From Candidatus Campbellbacteria bacterium GW2011_OD1_34_28 (GTDB lineage: Bacteria > Patescibacteriota > Minisyncoccia > Phycocordibacterales > UBA12079): a stretch of DNA of 64,000 nt. Below the pieces are notes generated by a model. It saw only the letters and a list, made by a program, of their open reading frames with translations. It searched no databases and was not told the origin of the DNA. The stretch's first letter is position 1. Each line of letters begins with the position of its first letter. The position numbers were made by a program, and so were the translations under genes. Below, in pieces: positions 53,811 through 62,605 of this stretch. The stretch lies in contig CP011215.1 in the NCBI GenBank assembly GCA_001029775.1, positions 490,303 to 554,302 of the forward strand. Direction: 5' to 3'.

Positions 53811-54056
53811 CAAAATAAAAACAGGTGTAGCGAAAGCTCCGCCTGTTTTTATTTTGTGTTCTCACAGAAAGCAAACTGCTTTGCTTTCGTCAGGAATCGA
53901 ACGGTGGAGCATGTCGCACGCAAGTTATTTTCTCCCACAAAGAGAAAATAACGAGTACGACAGCGAACCGCGTCCAGCGATACTTGGGATTTTTTGAAAC
54001 ACGAAGTGTTTTGAAAAAGACTTAGTAATCGCGGGACGATTCCTGGTGAGAGCACA
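53811..54056 (+). repeat. tRNA 3'-flank structured repeat element (Arg copy; best-preserved)
   Basis: GCAAACTGCTTTGC hairpin; GTGTTCTCAC..TCAGGAATCGAAC = rc of tRNA 3' half; core GAACGGTGGAGC; variable hairpin; CGAACCGCGTCCAGCGATACTTGGG + long hairpin + AGACTTAGTAATCGCGGGAC; terminal direct repeat CGATTCCTGGTGAGAGCACA. Confidence 0.7.
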
Positions 54057-54106
54057 TATTAAAAACAAGTTTACTTTGATGTTTTTTTTGATATACTTTT
54101 GTTTAT

Positions 54107-54227
54107 GGATCCCGTTAGAGATAGCGAACGCATAGCGGGATAAACAACAGAATCAATTTATTAATATAATTTAAATAGATAGAACGTGTGATTATATAAA
54201 GTTCGCGTCCTATCTCTAACGGGATGG
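54107..54227 (+). promoter_or_regulatory. long-range inverted repeat whose 3' arm ends at the start codon of ORF 54224
   Basis: GGATCCCGTTAGAGATAGCGAACGC ... GTTCGCGTCCTATCTCTAACGGGATGG; at least 16 perfect bp across a ~70-nt loop; ATG at 54224. Confidence 0.45.
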
Positions 54228-54505
54228 AATATTTTGATCCAGAATTACAAAATTTGATGAGGGAAAATCTCAAAGTTGCTAATGAGAACAATGAATTGCT
54301 TCACAAAATTTGGAGAGATGTTCAATATAAGAGATTTCTCAAATTTTTTTATTGGGGAATAATAATTGCCATTACTTTTGGTGCATATTATTATATCCAA
54401 CCAATCATAGATTCAATTTCTGAAAATTATGGTAGTTTGAGAGGAGGACTTGATGTAGGTATCAAAAATTTTCAAAAAATAAATGATTTGATTCCCAAGA
54501 TTTAA
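54224..54505 (+). CDS. small hypothetical membrane protein
   Basis: 93 aa; central TM helix FFYWGIIIAITFGAYYYI. Confidence 0.4.
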   Translation: MEYFDPELQNLMRENLKVANENNELLHKIWRDVQYKRFLKFFYWGIIIAITFGAYYYIQPIIDSISENYGSLRGGLDVGIKNFQKINDLIPKI

Positions 54506-54531
54506 AAATTTAAATTTTTAACTTTAAATAT

Positions 54532-54604
54532 GTCGAGGTAGCTCAGTTGGTAGAGCATTCGCCTGAAGAGCGAAGGGTCGGCGGTTCGAGCCCGCCCCTC
54601 GACA
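54532..54604 (+). tRNA. tRNA-Phe (anticodon GAA)
   Basis: acceptor GTCGAGG/CCTCGAC, anticodon loop CTGAAGA, T-loop TTCGAGC. Confidence 0.85.
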
Positions 54605-54636
54605 CATATAAAAAATCAGCCTGAATAAGGCGTAAA

Positions 54637-54672
54637 AAAATGCAGAGGCCTTGCCTCTGCATTTTTTGTTTT
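54637..54672. terminator. bidirectional terminator
   Basis: AAAAAAATGCAGAGGCCTTGCCTCTGCATTTTTTG. Confidence 0.7.
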
Positions 54673-55126
54673 ATTGAAAAAGTTTTTCCACTACTTCTTT
54701 TACATCTCCTCCGTCTGCCTTATCTTTTAATTCTTTTATTATTGCTCCCATCAACATTCCCATCTTGGACTTATCCGTTAGCCCCATTTCATCTTTCTTA
54801 ACGATGGCAATTTTCAGGATCTCTTCTTTGCTCATTGTTGCTGGAAGATATTCACCTAATATTGCGAGCTCCTTTTCTTCGTTTTGTGCCAAATCCTCGC
54901 GATTTCCTTTTTTAAATAGTTCTATAGAATCTTTTCTTTGTTTAACCATTTTTTTGATCACATTAAGGGCATCTGCATCAGGTAGTTCTTCGCTCGGTTT
55001 TTTTCTTTGTGCAACTAATTCATTTGTGAATCCAGCAAGTAGACCTTTTAAAACGAGAGTTCTTACTTCGTCTCTTGCTTTCATAGATTCTTTTAACTGT
55101 TCTTTGATTTGATTTTGTATTGTCAT
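54671..55126 (-). CDS. GatB/YqeY-domain protein
   Basis: YqeY-like N-terminus MTIQNQIKEQLKESMKARD..RTLVLKGLL. Confidence 0.7.
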   Translation of the reverse strand: MTIQNQIKEQLKESMKARDEVRTLVLKGLLAGFTNELVAQRKKPSEELPDADALNVIKKMVKQRKDSIELFKKGNREDLAQNEEKELAILGEYLPATMSKEEILKIAIVKKDEMGLTDKSKMGMLMGAIIKELKDKADGGDVKEVVEKLFQ

Positions 55127-55136
55127 ATAAACAAGT

Positions 55137-55200
55137 ATAAAGTTAAAAGTTTATAAAGTCTATAAAGTTCATAAAGTTTTTAAAGTATAAAGTTAAAGTA
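55137..55200 (+). repeat. tandem TATAAAGT-type repeats
   Basis: AAAGTTAAAAGTTTATAAAGTCTATAAAGTTCATAAAGTTTTTAAAGTATAAAGTTAAAGTACATAAA. Confidence 0.5.
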
Positions 55201-55505
55201 CATAAAAAAATAATTTATAACCCTATATGTTCTTTACATTTGCAGTCATATAATCATAAGTAACAAAAGCTATTTGAATAGAAGTTTTCAAAAAAGAATA
55301 TCCTATTATAAGGGTACAAACAAAAAGAAATCCTAACAGGAAATCATAATGGTATTCTTTTTTAGAAGTTTTCTCGATCATTGTTTTTAAACAAGGTGTG
55401 ATACACACAAAGAGAAATTTTACACCATCTTTCTGAAAAGTAAAATGTGGAAAACCCAATATTTTTATTAAATAAACTAATAAAAAATTTTGTTATAATT
55501 GTTTT

Positions 55506-58178
55506 ATGATAAAAAAACAATTATGGCACCATCTTTCAATAAAAGAGATTGAAAAATATTTAAATACCGATTTAGATGTTGGTTTAAAATCTTCGGATAT
55601 TCAAAATATTCAAAAAAAGTTTGGAAGAAATTTGTTTGATAAGAAAAAAGATTTTGGATTGTTAGGAAAAATATTTTCTCAATTTAAAAGTCCTTTAATT
55701 TTTATTTTACTAGTTGCGGGAATTGCCACATTTTTTCTTAAAGAGTATTCCGACTCAATTGTTATTTTTTTGGCTTTACTTATAAATACAGCAATTGGGG
55801 CATTTCAAGAAAATAAAGCATCTAATGCCTTTGATAAACTAAGCGAGTTACAACAAAAACAAGCTACGGTTATTAGAGATGGAAAGAAAAGCGTGATTTT
55901 GGCAGAAGATTTGGTTCCTGGTGATTTGGTTGTGTTGAATTCTGGAATGTTTGTCCCTGCCGATTTAAGATTAATAGAAGAAAAAAATCTATTGATAAAT
56001 GAATCTGTTTTAACTGGAGAGTGGGCTGATGTTGTAAAAGAAACAAAGGTAACAACAAGTTCTTTGGCGGACAGGTCTTTGAACAAGCAAATTAACATGG
56101 TTTGGATGGGTACAACAGTTTCTTCTGGTAATGCATTAGGAGTTGTCGTAGAGATCGGAGATAAAACTGAAATTGGAAAAATTGCACAGAGTTTAAATTT
56201 GGTAAAGGAGGAAAAGACACCTATTAAAGAAAGTCTGGAAAAATTGGCAAGATTTTTATCAGTTTTGGTTTTGATTGTTTTAGTTGTTATTTTTTTCTTG
56301 GGACTCGCTCGCGGAGAATCTGTAACAGAAATGTTGATTGTTGCTATTGCAATGGCTGTTGCTGTAATGCCAGAGGGTTTGCCTATTGCTGTGACATCTG
56401 TCTTGGCGGTTGGAATGAGTAACATCTTAAAAAAAGGTGGTTTGGTTAGAAATTTGTTAGCAGCAGAAACTTTGGGTAGCACTACTTATATTCTGACAGA
56501 TAAAACAGGTACACTCACAGAAGCAAAAATGCATTTAGACAAAGTTTACACTTGGAATTTTATTAACGATGGAGGAGATCAAGACGATGAAGATTTGATA
56601 AAAATGGCAGTGTTGTCATCGGATGCTTTTATCGACGAAGGTAATCAAGCCCCAGATAATTTGATTGTGAGAGGTCGTCCTATCGAGAAAGCAATTATAT
56701 TGGCAGGAATAGAACACGGATTTACTCAAGATGATTTATTTAATGAGAGGGAAAGGTTGGATTTTCATTCTTTTGAATCCAAAAATGGTTTTAGTGCTTC
56801 ACTGAACAAAGATAAAAAAAGGAATAAATTGTATGTCAGCGGTATTCCAGAAATGATTTTGGAAAAATCAAAATTTATTTACCACAACGGTAAAGAGAAA
56901 AAAATGACAAAAAAAGCATTGGAACATTTTTTGAAAGTACAAAAACAAAAAAGTTTAGATGGCGTGCGTTTTATTGCTCTTTCTTATAAAAAAGTTGATT
57001 GGGAAAAAATTCCTAATTTAGAAAAGCAAGAAAACCAAGAAGATTTGAGCGATTTAGTTTTTGTCGGCCTTCTTGCTTTTTCTGATCCAATAAGAGCGGA
57101 TGTGAAAGAAGCAATAAAAAAAGCTCAAATGGCAGGAGCTCATGTTGTGATGGTAACAGGAGACAATCCCAATACTGCCTCAAAAATTGCAGAAGAGGTT
57201 GGTATTATAAAAAAGGGAGACAAAATTTTGACAGGCATAGAGATTGAGAAAATGAAAGACAACGAATTATTTGAAGAATTAAAAACCGTAAGAGTTTTTG
57301 CAAGGATGAATCCTTCTCAAAAATTAAGACTTTCAAAAATTTTACAAAAAAATGGAGAGGTGGTGGCAATGACAGGAGATGGTGTAAATGATGCCCCTGC
57401 TTTGCAAGGGGCGGATATTGGTATCGTAATGGAAAGTGGAACAGAAGTATCAAAAGAGGCATCGGATCTGATTTTGTTAGGTGGGGATTTTTCAACAATA
57501 ATTTTTGCGATAGAAGAAGGAAGAAGGTTGATCGATAATTTAAAAAAGATACTGGGATATTTATTATCTACAAGTTTTGCCGAATTTTTGATAATTGGCG
57601 GAGCTTTGCTGGTTGGGCTTCCTTTGCCCATTCTTCCGACTCAGATTCTTTGGTCAAATATAATTCAAGAAGGGTTAATGAATTTTGCTTTTGTTTTTGA
57701 ACCAGGTGAAAAAGATTTAATGAAAAGAAAACCTGGTTCAATGAAAAAAAATAATATCCTGACAAAAGAATTAAAGATGATGATTTTTACAGTTGGATTA
57801 TCTGCGGGAATATTTTTGCTTTTGGTTTATTTGTTTATTATGCAAACAAATATGACAATGGAAAAAATAAGAACAATAATGTTTGCTTCTGTTTCTTTGG
57901 GGACTGTCTTTTTCAGTATTTCTTTCAAATCTTTTCACTTAAGTTTTTGGAAAATAAATATCTTTTCCAATAAATATCTTATTTTTTCTTTGCTAATCAG
58001 CCTCTTATTCTTGGCTGTCGCTTTGTTTGTTCCTCCTGTGAGAGATATGCTTTCGTTAGTTAAATTGACGGGAGGAGAAATAATTTTGCTCGGAATTATA
58101 GGTATTTTCAATTTTGCCATAATTGAACTGTCTAAATATTTTGTGTTTAGAGGGGAGAGATTGTCTAATGCGGTATAG
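55506..58178 (+). CDS. cation-transporting P-type ATPase (P2-type)
   Basis: phosphorylation motif DKTGTLT, hinge TGDGVNDAPAL, ten predicted TM helices. Confidence 0.85.
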   Translation: MIKKQLWHHLSIKEIEKYLNTDLDVGLKSSDIQNIQKKFGRNLFDKKKDFGLLGKIFSQFKSPLIFILLVAGIATFFLKEYSDSIVIFLALLINTAIGAFQENKASNAFDKLSELQQKQATVIRDGKKSVILAEDLVPGDLVVLNSGMFVPADLRLIEEKNLLINESVLTGEWADVVKETKVTTSSLADRSLNKQINMVWMGTTVSSGNALGVVVEIGDKTEIGKIAQSLNLVKEEKTPIKESLEKLARFLSVLVLIVLVVIFFLGLARGESVTEMLIVAIAMAVAVMPEGLPIAVTSVLAVGMSNILKKGGLVRNLLAAETLGSTTYILTDKTGTLTEAKMHLDKVYTWNFINDGGDQDDEDLIKMAVLSSDAFIDEGNQAPDNLIVRGRPIEKAIILAGIEHGFTQDDLFNERERLDFHSFESKNGFSASLNKDKKRNKLYVSGIPEMILEKSKFIYHNGKEKKMTKKALEHFLKVQKQKSLDGVRFIALSYKKVDWEKIPNLEKQENQEDLSDLVFVGLLAFSDPIRADVKEAIKKAQMAGAHVVMVTGDNPNTASKIAEEVGIIKKGDKILTGIEIEKMKDNELFEELKTVRVFARMNPSQKLRLSKILQKNGEVVAMTGDGVNDAPALQGADIGIVMESGTEVSKEASDLILLGGDFSTIIFAIEEGRRLIDNLKKILGYLLSTSFAEFLIIGGALLVGLPLPILPTQILWSNIIQEGLMNFAFVFEPGEKDLMKRKPGSMKKNNILTKELKMMIFTVGLSAGIFLLLVYLFIMQTNMTMEKIRTIMFASVSLGTVFFSISFKSFHLSFWKINIFSNKYLIFSLLISLLFLAVALFVPPVRDMLSLVKLTGGEIILLGIIGIFNFAIIELSKYFVFRGERLSNAV

Positions 58179-58262
58179 GGACCAGAGGTGTGTGAAAAAA
58201 CCATATCCTCTAATTCCTAACTCTAAATACACTTTTTAATTAAAAATGTTATCATTGAATCA

Positions 58263-59321
58263 ATGGAAATTATTCTTACAGCACTCATTATTTTGTTGGT
58301 TTTAGCCGTTGCGGTGATGGCATATTTTTTGTACAAACTTTCTCTCAAAGGCAACGAAAAAAAAGATGACAACAGTTTTTTGTTGATTCAAAACCAATTA
58401 AATGAATTGACCAGAACTTTGGATTCAAGGATAGGGGAGTCATCAAAAATGATGAATGATTCAGTTAAAACACAATTTAGTGAATCACAAAAATTGATTA
58501 AAGAGATTACCCAAGAATTGTCCAGTGTCAAAGAAACCAGTCGTCAGGTAGTTGGTTTTGCTGATCAACTTAAAAATTTGCAGGACATTTTAAAAAATCC
58601 AAAACAAAGAGGTGTGCTAGGAGAGTATTATTTGGAGACAGTTTTAAAAAATGTTTTACCACCGGAAAGATTTCAAATGCAATACAAATTTGAAAACGGA
58701 GAAATAGTAGACGCGGTTGTTTTTTTGGATAAAAACAAATTTCTTCCCGTTGATTCAAAATTTTCTTTGGAAAATTATAATAAAATAGTTAGCACTAACG
58801 ACCCTCAAGAGAAAGAAAGATTGGAAAAAGTATTTAAACAAGATTTGAAAAACAGGATTGATGAAACAGCAAAATATATTCGTCCAAAAGAGGGAACAAT
58901 GGATTTTGCCTTTATGTTTATTCCATCAGAAGGAATTTATTATGATTTGCTCATTAATCAGGTAGGTGCAGTAAAGACTTCTACAATTGACCTGATAGAG
59001 TATGCATTCCAGCAAAAAAAGGTAATTATCGTCTCTCCTACGTCATTTTTGGCTTATTTACAGACTGTTTTGCAAGGATTAAGGTCTCTTCAGATTGAAG
59101 AAAAAGCTCAGGATATCATCAAGAGGGTGGGTCAATTGGATAAACATATGAACAATTTTGGTCAGTTTATGGAAAAATTAGGAAGCTCTCTATCAACGAC
59201 CGTAAATCATTTCAATCGTTCACATAAAGAATTTCAGCAAATAGACAAAGATGTTTTAAGAATTACAGGTGAATCATCAGGAGTTGAGTCTATTATTATT
59301 GATAAACCAGCTATTGATTAA
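58263..59321 (+). CDS. rmuC: DNA recombination protein RmuC
   Basis: N-terminal TM, coiled coil, RmuC motifs KQRGVLGEYYLETVL and FMFIPSEGIYYDL. Confidence 0.7.
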   Translation: MEIILTALIILLVLAVAVMAYFLYKLSLKGNEKKDDNSFLLIQNQLNELTRTLDSRIGESSKMMNDSVKTQFSESQKLIKEITQELSSVKETSRQVVGFADQLKNLQDILKNPKQRGVLGEYYLETVLKNVLPPERFQMQYKFENGEIVDAVVFLDKNKFLPVDSKFSLENYNKIVSTNDPQEKERLEKVFKQDLKNRIDETAKYIRPKEGTMDFAFMFIPSEGIYYDLLINQVGAVKTSTIDLIEYAFQQKKVIIVSPTSFLAYLQTVLQGLRSLQIEEKAQDIIKRVGQLDKHMNNFGQFMEKLGSSLSTTVNHFNRSHKEFQQIDKDVLRITGESSGVESIIIDKPAID

Positions 59322-59324
59322 TTT

Positions 59325-59573
59325 ATGTCTAATCATATAAGAGTATTTTTTTCAAAATTATTTTATTGTCCAGGATTTTTCTGGGGAATTTTTGTCGCAG
59401 GTAGTTATCTTATATTTACTCAATATGAATTCATCGGTTGGCAGTTGCTTTTGTTATGTGCGTTGATACTTTCTTGGATAAAAGAATTAGAAAGAAAAAA
59501 TATTTATGAAGAATGTTATGGAAGAAAGCTTTTCAAAAAATGTTTTAGAAAGAATGATAGACATGAAAAATAA
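59325..59573 (+). CDS. small hypothetical membrane protein
   Basis: 82 aa with two hydrophobic segments. Confidence 0.3.
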   Translation: MSNHIRVFFSKLFYCPGFFWGIFVAGSYLIFTQYEFIGWQLLLLCALILSWIKELERKNIYEECYGRKLFKKCFRKNDRHEK

Positions 59574-59633
59574 AAAACAGCCAGTCGGAGGGACTGGCTG
59601 TTTTGCTGTAATTATTCATCCGACTCAAATCTA

Positions 59634-60035
59634 CTAAAACATAAAACAAGAATCATCTTCAAAAATATTGAATGTTCTTTCATAGCCAGAAAGTCGTGCC
59701 GTTCGGCGTATGCAATACCCGTTGGCATTTTCTGAATCAATACAATAAGATATTTCAATATGAGGTTCTTCGTTGTCCTGGAGAGACCCTATGTAGTCAT
59801 ACGGGATCAAATCTCGCTCTATGAGTTTTTCAGCCAACCCCGGATGTCCATTTTTGGGCAAAAGATTACAATTCTCATCTATATAAATTTTTTCAACAAT
59901 GGTCTTTGCTCCAGTTTTTTTAATCTCGGCATATATTTTTTTGTCTATTCTTTTATTGAATAACCTCAAGATTAATATTAATACAAGTATAGCAAAAAAA
60001 ATTATAGCTATAGCCGTTATAATTTGTTGTGGCAT
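59634..60035 (-). CDS. hypothetical membrane-anchored protein
   Basis: N-terminal TM helix; 133 aa. Confidence 0.4.
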   Translation of the reverse strand: MPQQIITAIAIIFFAILVLILILRLFNKRIDKKIYAEIKKTGAKTIVEKIYIDENCNLLPKNGHPGLAEKLIERDLIPYDYIGSLQDNEEPHIEISYCIDSENANGYCIRRTARLSGYERTFNIFEDDSCFMF

Positions 60036-60190
60036 AAGACTTTTCCTCCTTTCAAAAAATTGATGTTTAACCCCATGTTTTTTCTGTTGATAAATATACT
60101 TAAAATTTAAAATAAAGTCTAGTTTTTAAAATCTTAGAGTTTTGATGGTCGTCAGAATTTTAAGATTTTGTTTCATTAAAAAATCGTAGC

Positions 60191-60814
60191 TTAGCTACGA
60201 TTTTTTAATGCGTTTTTAAGAGTGTCGTCGTCTGAATATTCCAACTCGCTTCCTGTAGACAATCCTTTGCCCAGTGTAGACATTTTGAAGGAGTATTTTT
60301 CTTGCAGAGGTTTCAATATCTGTTGAATATGATATATGGTATTTTCTCCTTCTGGGTTGAGACTTAACGCCAAGATAATTTCTTTCAATGTTCCTTTTTC
60401 CAACTCTCTCTCAATCAGTTTAAAAAGTTCTTTTGATCGTACCCAACTGGCACTGTTTTTTAAAATAGGCAAGTATCCTCCAAGAATAAAATATCTACCA
60501 TTATAAATATTATTTTTTTCTATATTTTCCATATCAGCGTCTTTTCCGACAATCATAAAGACAGAGTCGTCTCTGGTGGTGTCTCTGCAAATATCACATT
60601 GAGTTTTTGCCGTAGGATTTTTTGATTGAAAGTAACAAAAACAGATTTGACAGATATTTACTGATTTTTTTAGACTTAAAATATTTTCTGATAATTCTTT
60701 TAGGTATTGATCGTCTCGGGTAAGCAAAAAATACACAAATCTTTTTGATTGCCTTGGCCCTATTCCGGGGAATTTTGAAAAATATTCAGCTAATTTGTCT
60801 ATATTATTCGACAT
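60191..60814 (-). CDS. recR: recombination protein RecR
   Basis: HhH N-terminus, C4 zinc finger CQICFC...CDICRD, Toprim domain. Confidence 0.85.
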   Translation of the reverse strand: MSNNIDKLAEYFSKFPGIGPRQSKRFVYFLLTRDDQYLKELSENILSLKKSVNICQICFCYFQSKNPTAKTQCDICRDTTRDDSVFMIVGKDADMENIEKNNIYNGRYFILGGYLPILKNSASWVRSKELFKLIERELEKGTLKEIILALSLNPEGENTIYHIQQILKPLQEKYSFKMSTLGKGLSTGSELEYSDDDTLKNALKNRS

Positions 60815-60866
60815 AATAAAATTTTATTTTTTAAAATTTATATTTTGGAAATTGTTTAGAATTTTA

Positions 60867-62255
60867 TCAGAAGGCGTCATCGTCACCTACTTCTGTGAGA
60901 GCAAAATCGTCAAAGGCGTTGGTGTCAATTTCTTGGAAGGTTGCCTTCTTGTCATCAAAATTAAGAGTTATCCTGCCTGTTGGACCATTTCTGTGCTTTT
61001 CAATAAGTATTTCTGTAACATTAGATTTTTCACCGTCGTCATTTTTGTCTCTGTGAATAAACATAACCACATCGGCGTCTTGTTCAATAGATCCAGAGTC
61101 TCGGAGGTCTGAAAGTTTTGGTCTACCTCCGCGTGACTCAATAGCACGGCTTAGCTGTGAAAGAGCAATAACGGGTACATCTAACTCTCTCGCCAAATGT
61201 TTTAGTGATCTAGATATTTCTGTCACTTGTTGAACAACATTGTCGGATGATTTTGTCTGTGTCGGAGCCATCAACTGGAGATAGTCCACAATAATCAATT
61301 CCAAACCGTGTTGTCTTTTTAATTTTCTCGCCATAGAACGCATTTTAAGGATATTGTTTGCAGGCTGGTCATCTATAAAAATAGGGGCCTTTGAAAGATT
61401 GTTCAAAGATTCTCTAATCAAATCAAACTCCTCTTCTTTGTTCAATTTTCCTGTGCGAAGTTTCCACGCATCTACTTTTGAATCGGCGGCGAGCATTCTA
61501 TCAACTAATTGCTGAGAACTCATTTCCAAAGAAAAAATAGCCACAGGTTTTTTGTGTTCTATTGCTACTCTTCTTGCAATGTCCAAGGCAAAAGCGGTTT
61601 TACCCATAGAAGGACGAGCTGCCAAAATAATAAGATCTGATTTTTGAAAACCAGAAAGTTTGTTATCCAAACTTTTAAATCCAGAAGGAACACCTCTCAT
61701 CTTGTCTGTAGATTCGTGAAGACGACTAAGCCTCTCAAAGGCTTCGCCCAATGCATCCTTTATCTCAATAAATTTATTTGAAAGTAGTGATGTTGTTACT
61801 TCATAAATACTTTTTTCTGCTTTATCTAGTGATTCATCCAAATCGTCTACTTCGTTGTATCCCAATTCTGAGATTCTTTCAGAAGATTCAATTAATCTCC
61901 TTAACATATATTTTTTATGAACGATTTTGGCATAGTATTCAATGTTTGCAGAAGAAGGAACTGTGTTGACTAGCTCTGTCAGGTAATCACTCCCACCAAT
62001 CTGATCAAAGACTTGTTTGTTTTTTAATTTGTTTGAAAGAGTAAGGACATCAATCGGCTCTTTTTTTGAAAACAATTCAAGCATTGCTTTGAAAACAAGT
62101 CTATGCTTTTCGGCATAAAAACATTCAACTGAAATGAAATCCATAATTTCAAAAAGTGCGTCTGCTTTTAACATAACAGAACCTAAAAGAGCTTTTTCTG
62201 CATCAATATCTTGAGGAGGAATTCTTAATTTATGAGGATTATTTTTTTCTGCCAT
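60867..62255 (-). CDS. dnaB: replicative DNA helicase DnaB
   Basis: Walker A ARPSMGKTAFAL; DnaB N-terminal domain. Confidence 0.9.
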   Translation of the reverse strand: MAEKNNPHKLRIPPQDIDAEKALLGSVMLKADALFEIMDFISVECFYAEKHRLVFKAMLELFSKKEPIDVLTLSNKLKNKQVFDQIGGSDYLTELVNTVPSSANIEYYAKIVHKKYMLRRLIESSERISELGYNEVDDLDESLDKAEKSIYEVTTSLLSNKFIEIKDALGEAFERLSRLHESTDKMRGVPSGFKSLDNKLSGFQKSDLIILAARPSMGKTAFALDIARRVAIEHKKPVAIFSLEMSSQQLVDRMLAADSKVDAWKLRTGKLNKEEEFDLIRESLNNLSKAPIFIDDQPANNILKMRSMARKLKRQHGLELIIVDYLQLMAPTQTKSSDNVVQQVTEISRSLKHLARELDVPVIALSQLSRAIESRGGRPKLSDLRDSGSIEQDADVVMFIHRDKNDDGEKSNVTEILIEKHRNGPTGRITLNFDDKKATFQEIDTNAFDDFALTEVGDDDAF

Positions 62256-62605
62256 AGGGGAATTTTAACACGAGAGTTACTTTCAAAGAAAACCTCGTTT
62301 GGTTGAGAAGGTGGGGAAGTGTTGGGGATAAAGATACAGCATTCTGCTTCGCAGAATACTCAAAAAGAGTTAATTTAAGTAAAGTGATTTACAGGTCAAT
62401 ACTCATGTGTTATTTTAAAAAGAGATAAGTTGATTTCAACATTGTGATAAAGGAGGAACTATGAAAAAGGAATGTTCTTTCAGGGATATTTTAAACCGAT
62501 TTTTTATTTTTATAACAGCAACGGCCATATCTCTTTTTATTTTTGAGTTTTTTCTTCCTTTTCCCAAGTAAAAAAGTTGGCGGTCTGACCGCCAACTTTT
62601 TATTT

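Noticed and set aside
53739-54056. tRNA intron (group I or archaeal-type) explaining the ~245-nt insertion
   Set aside because: The tRNA upstream is complete and foldable. The insertion lies after the discriminator base, and the duplicated segment is the 3' end, not the anticodon loop.
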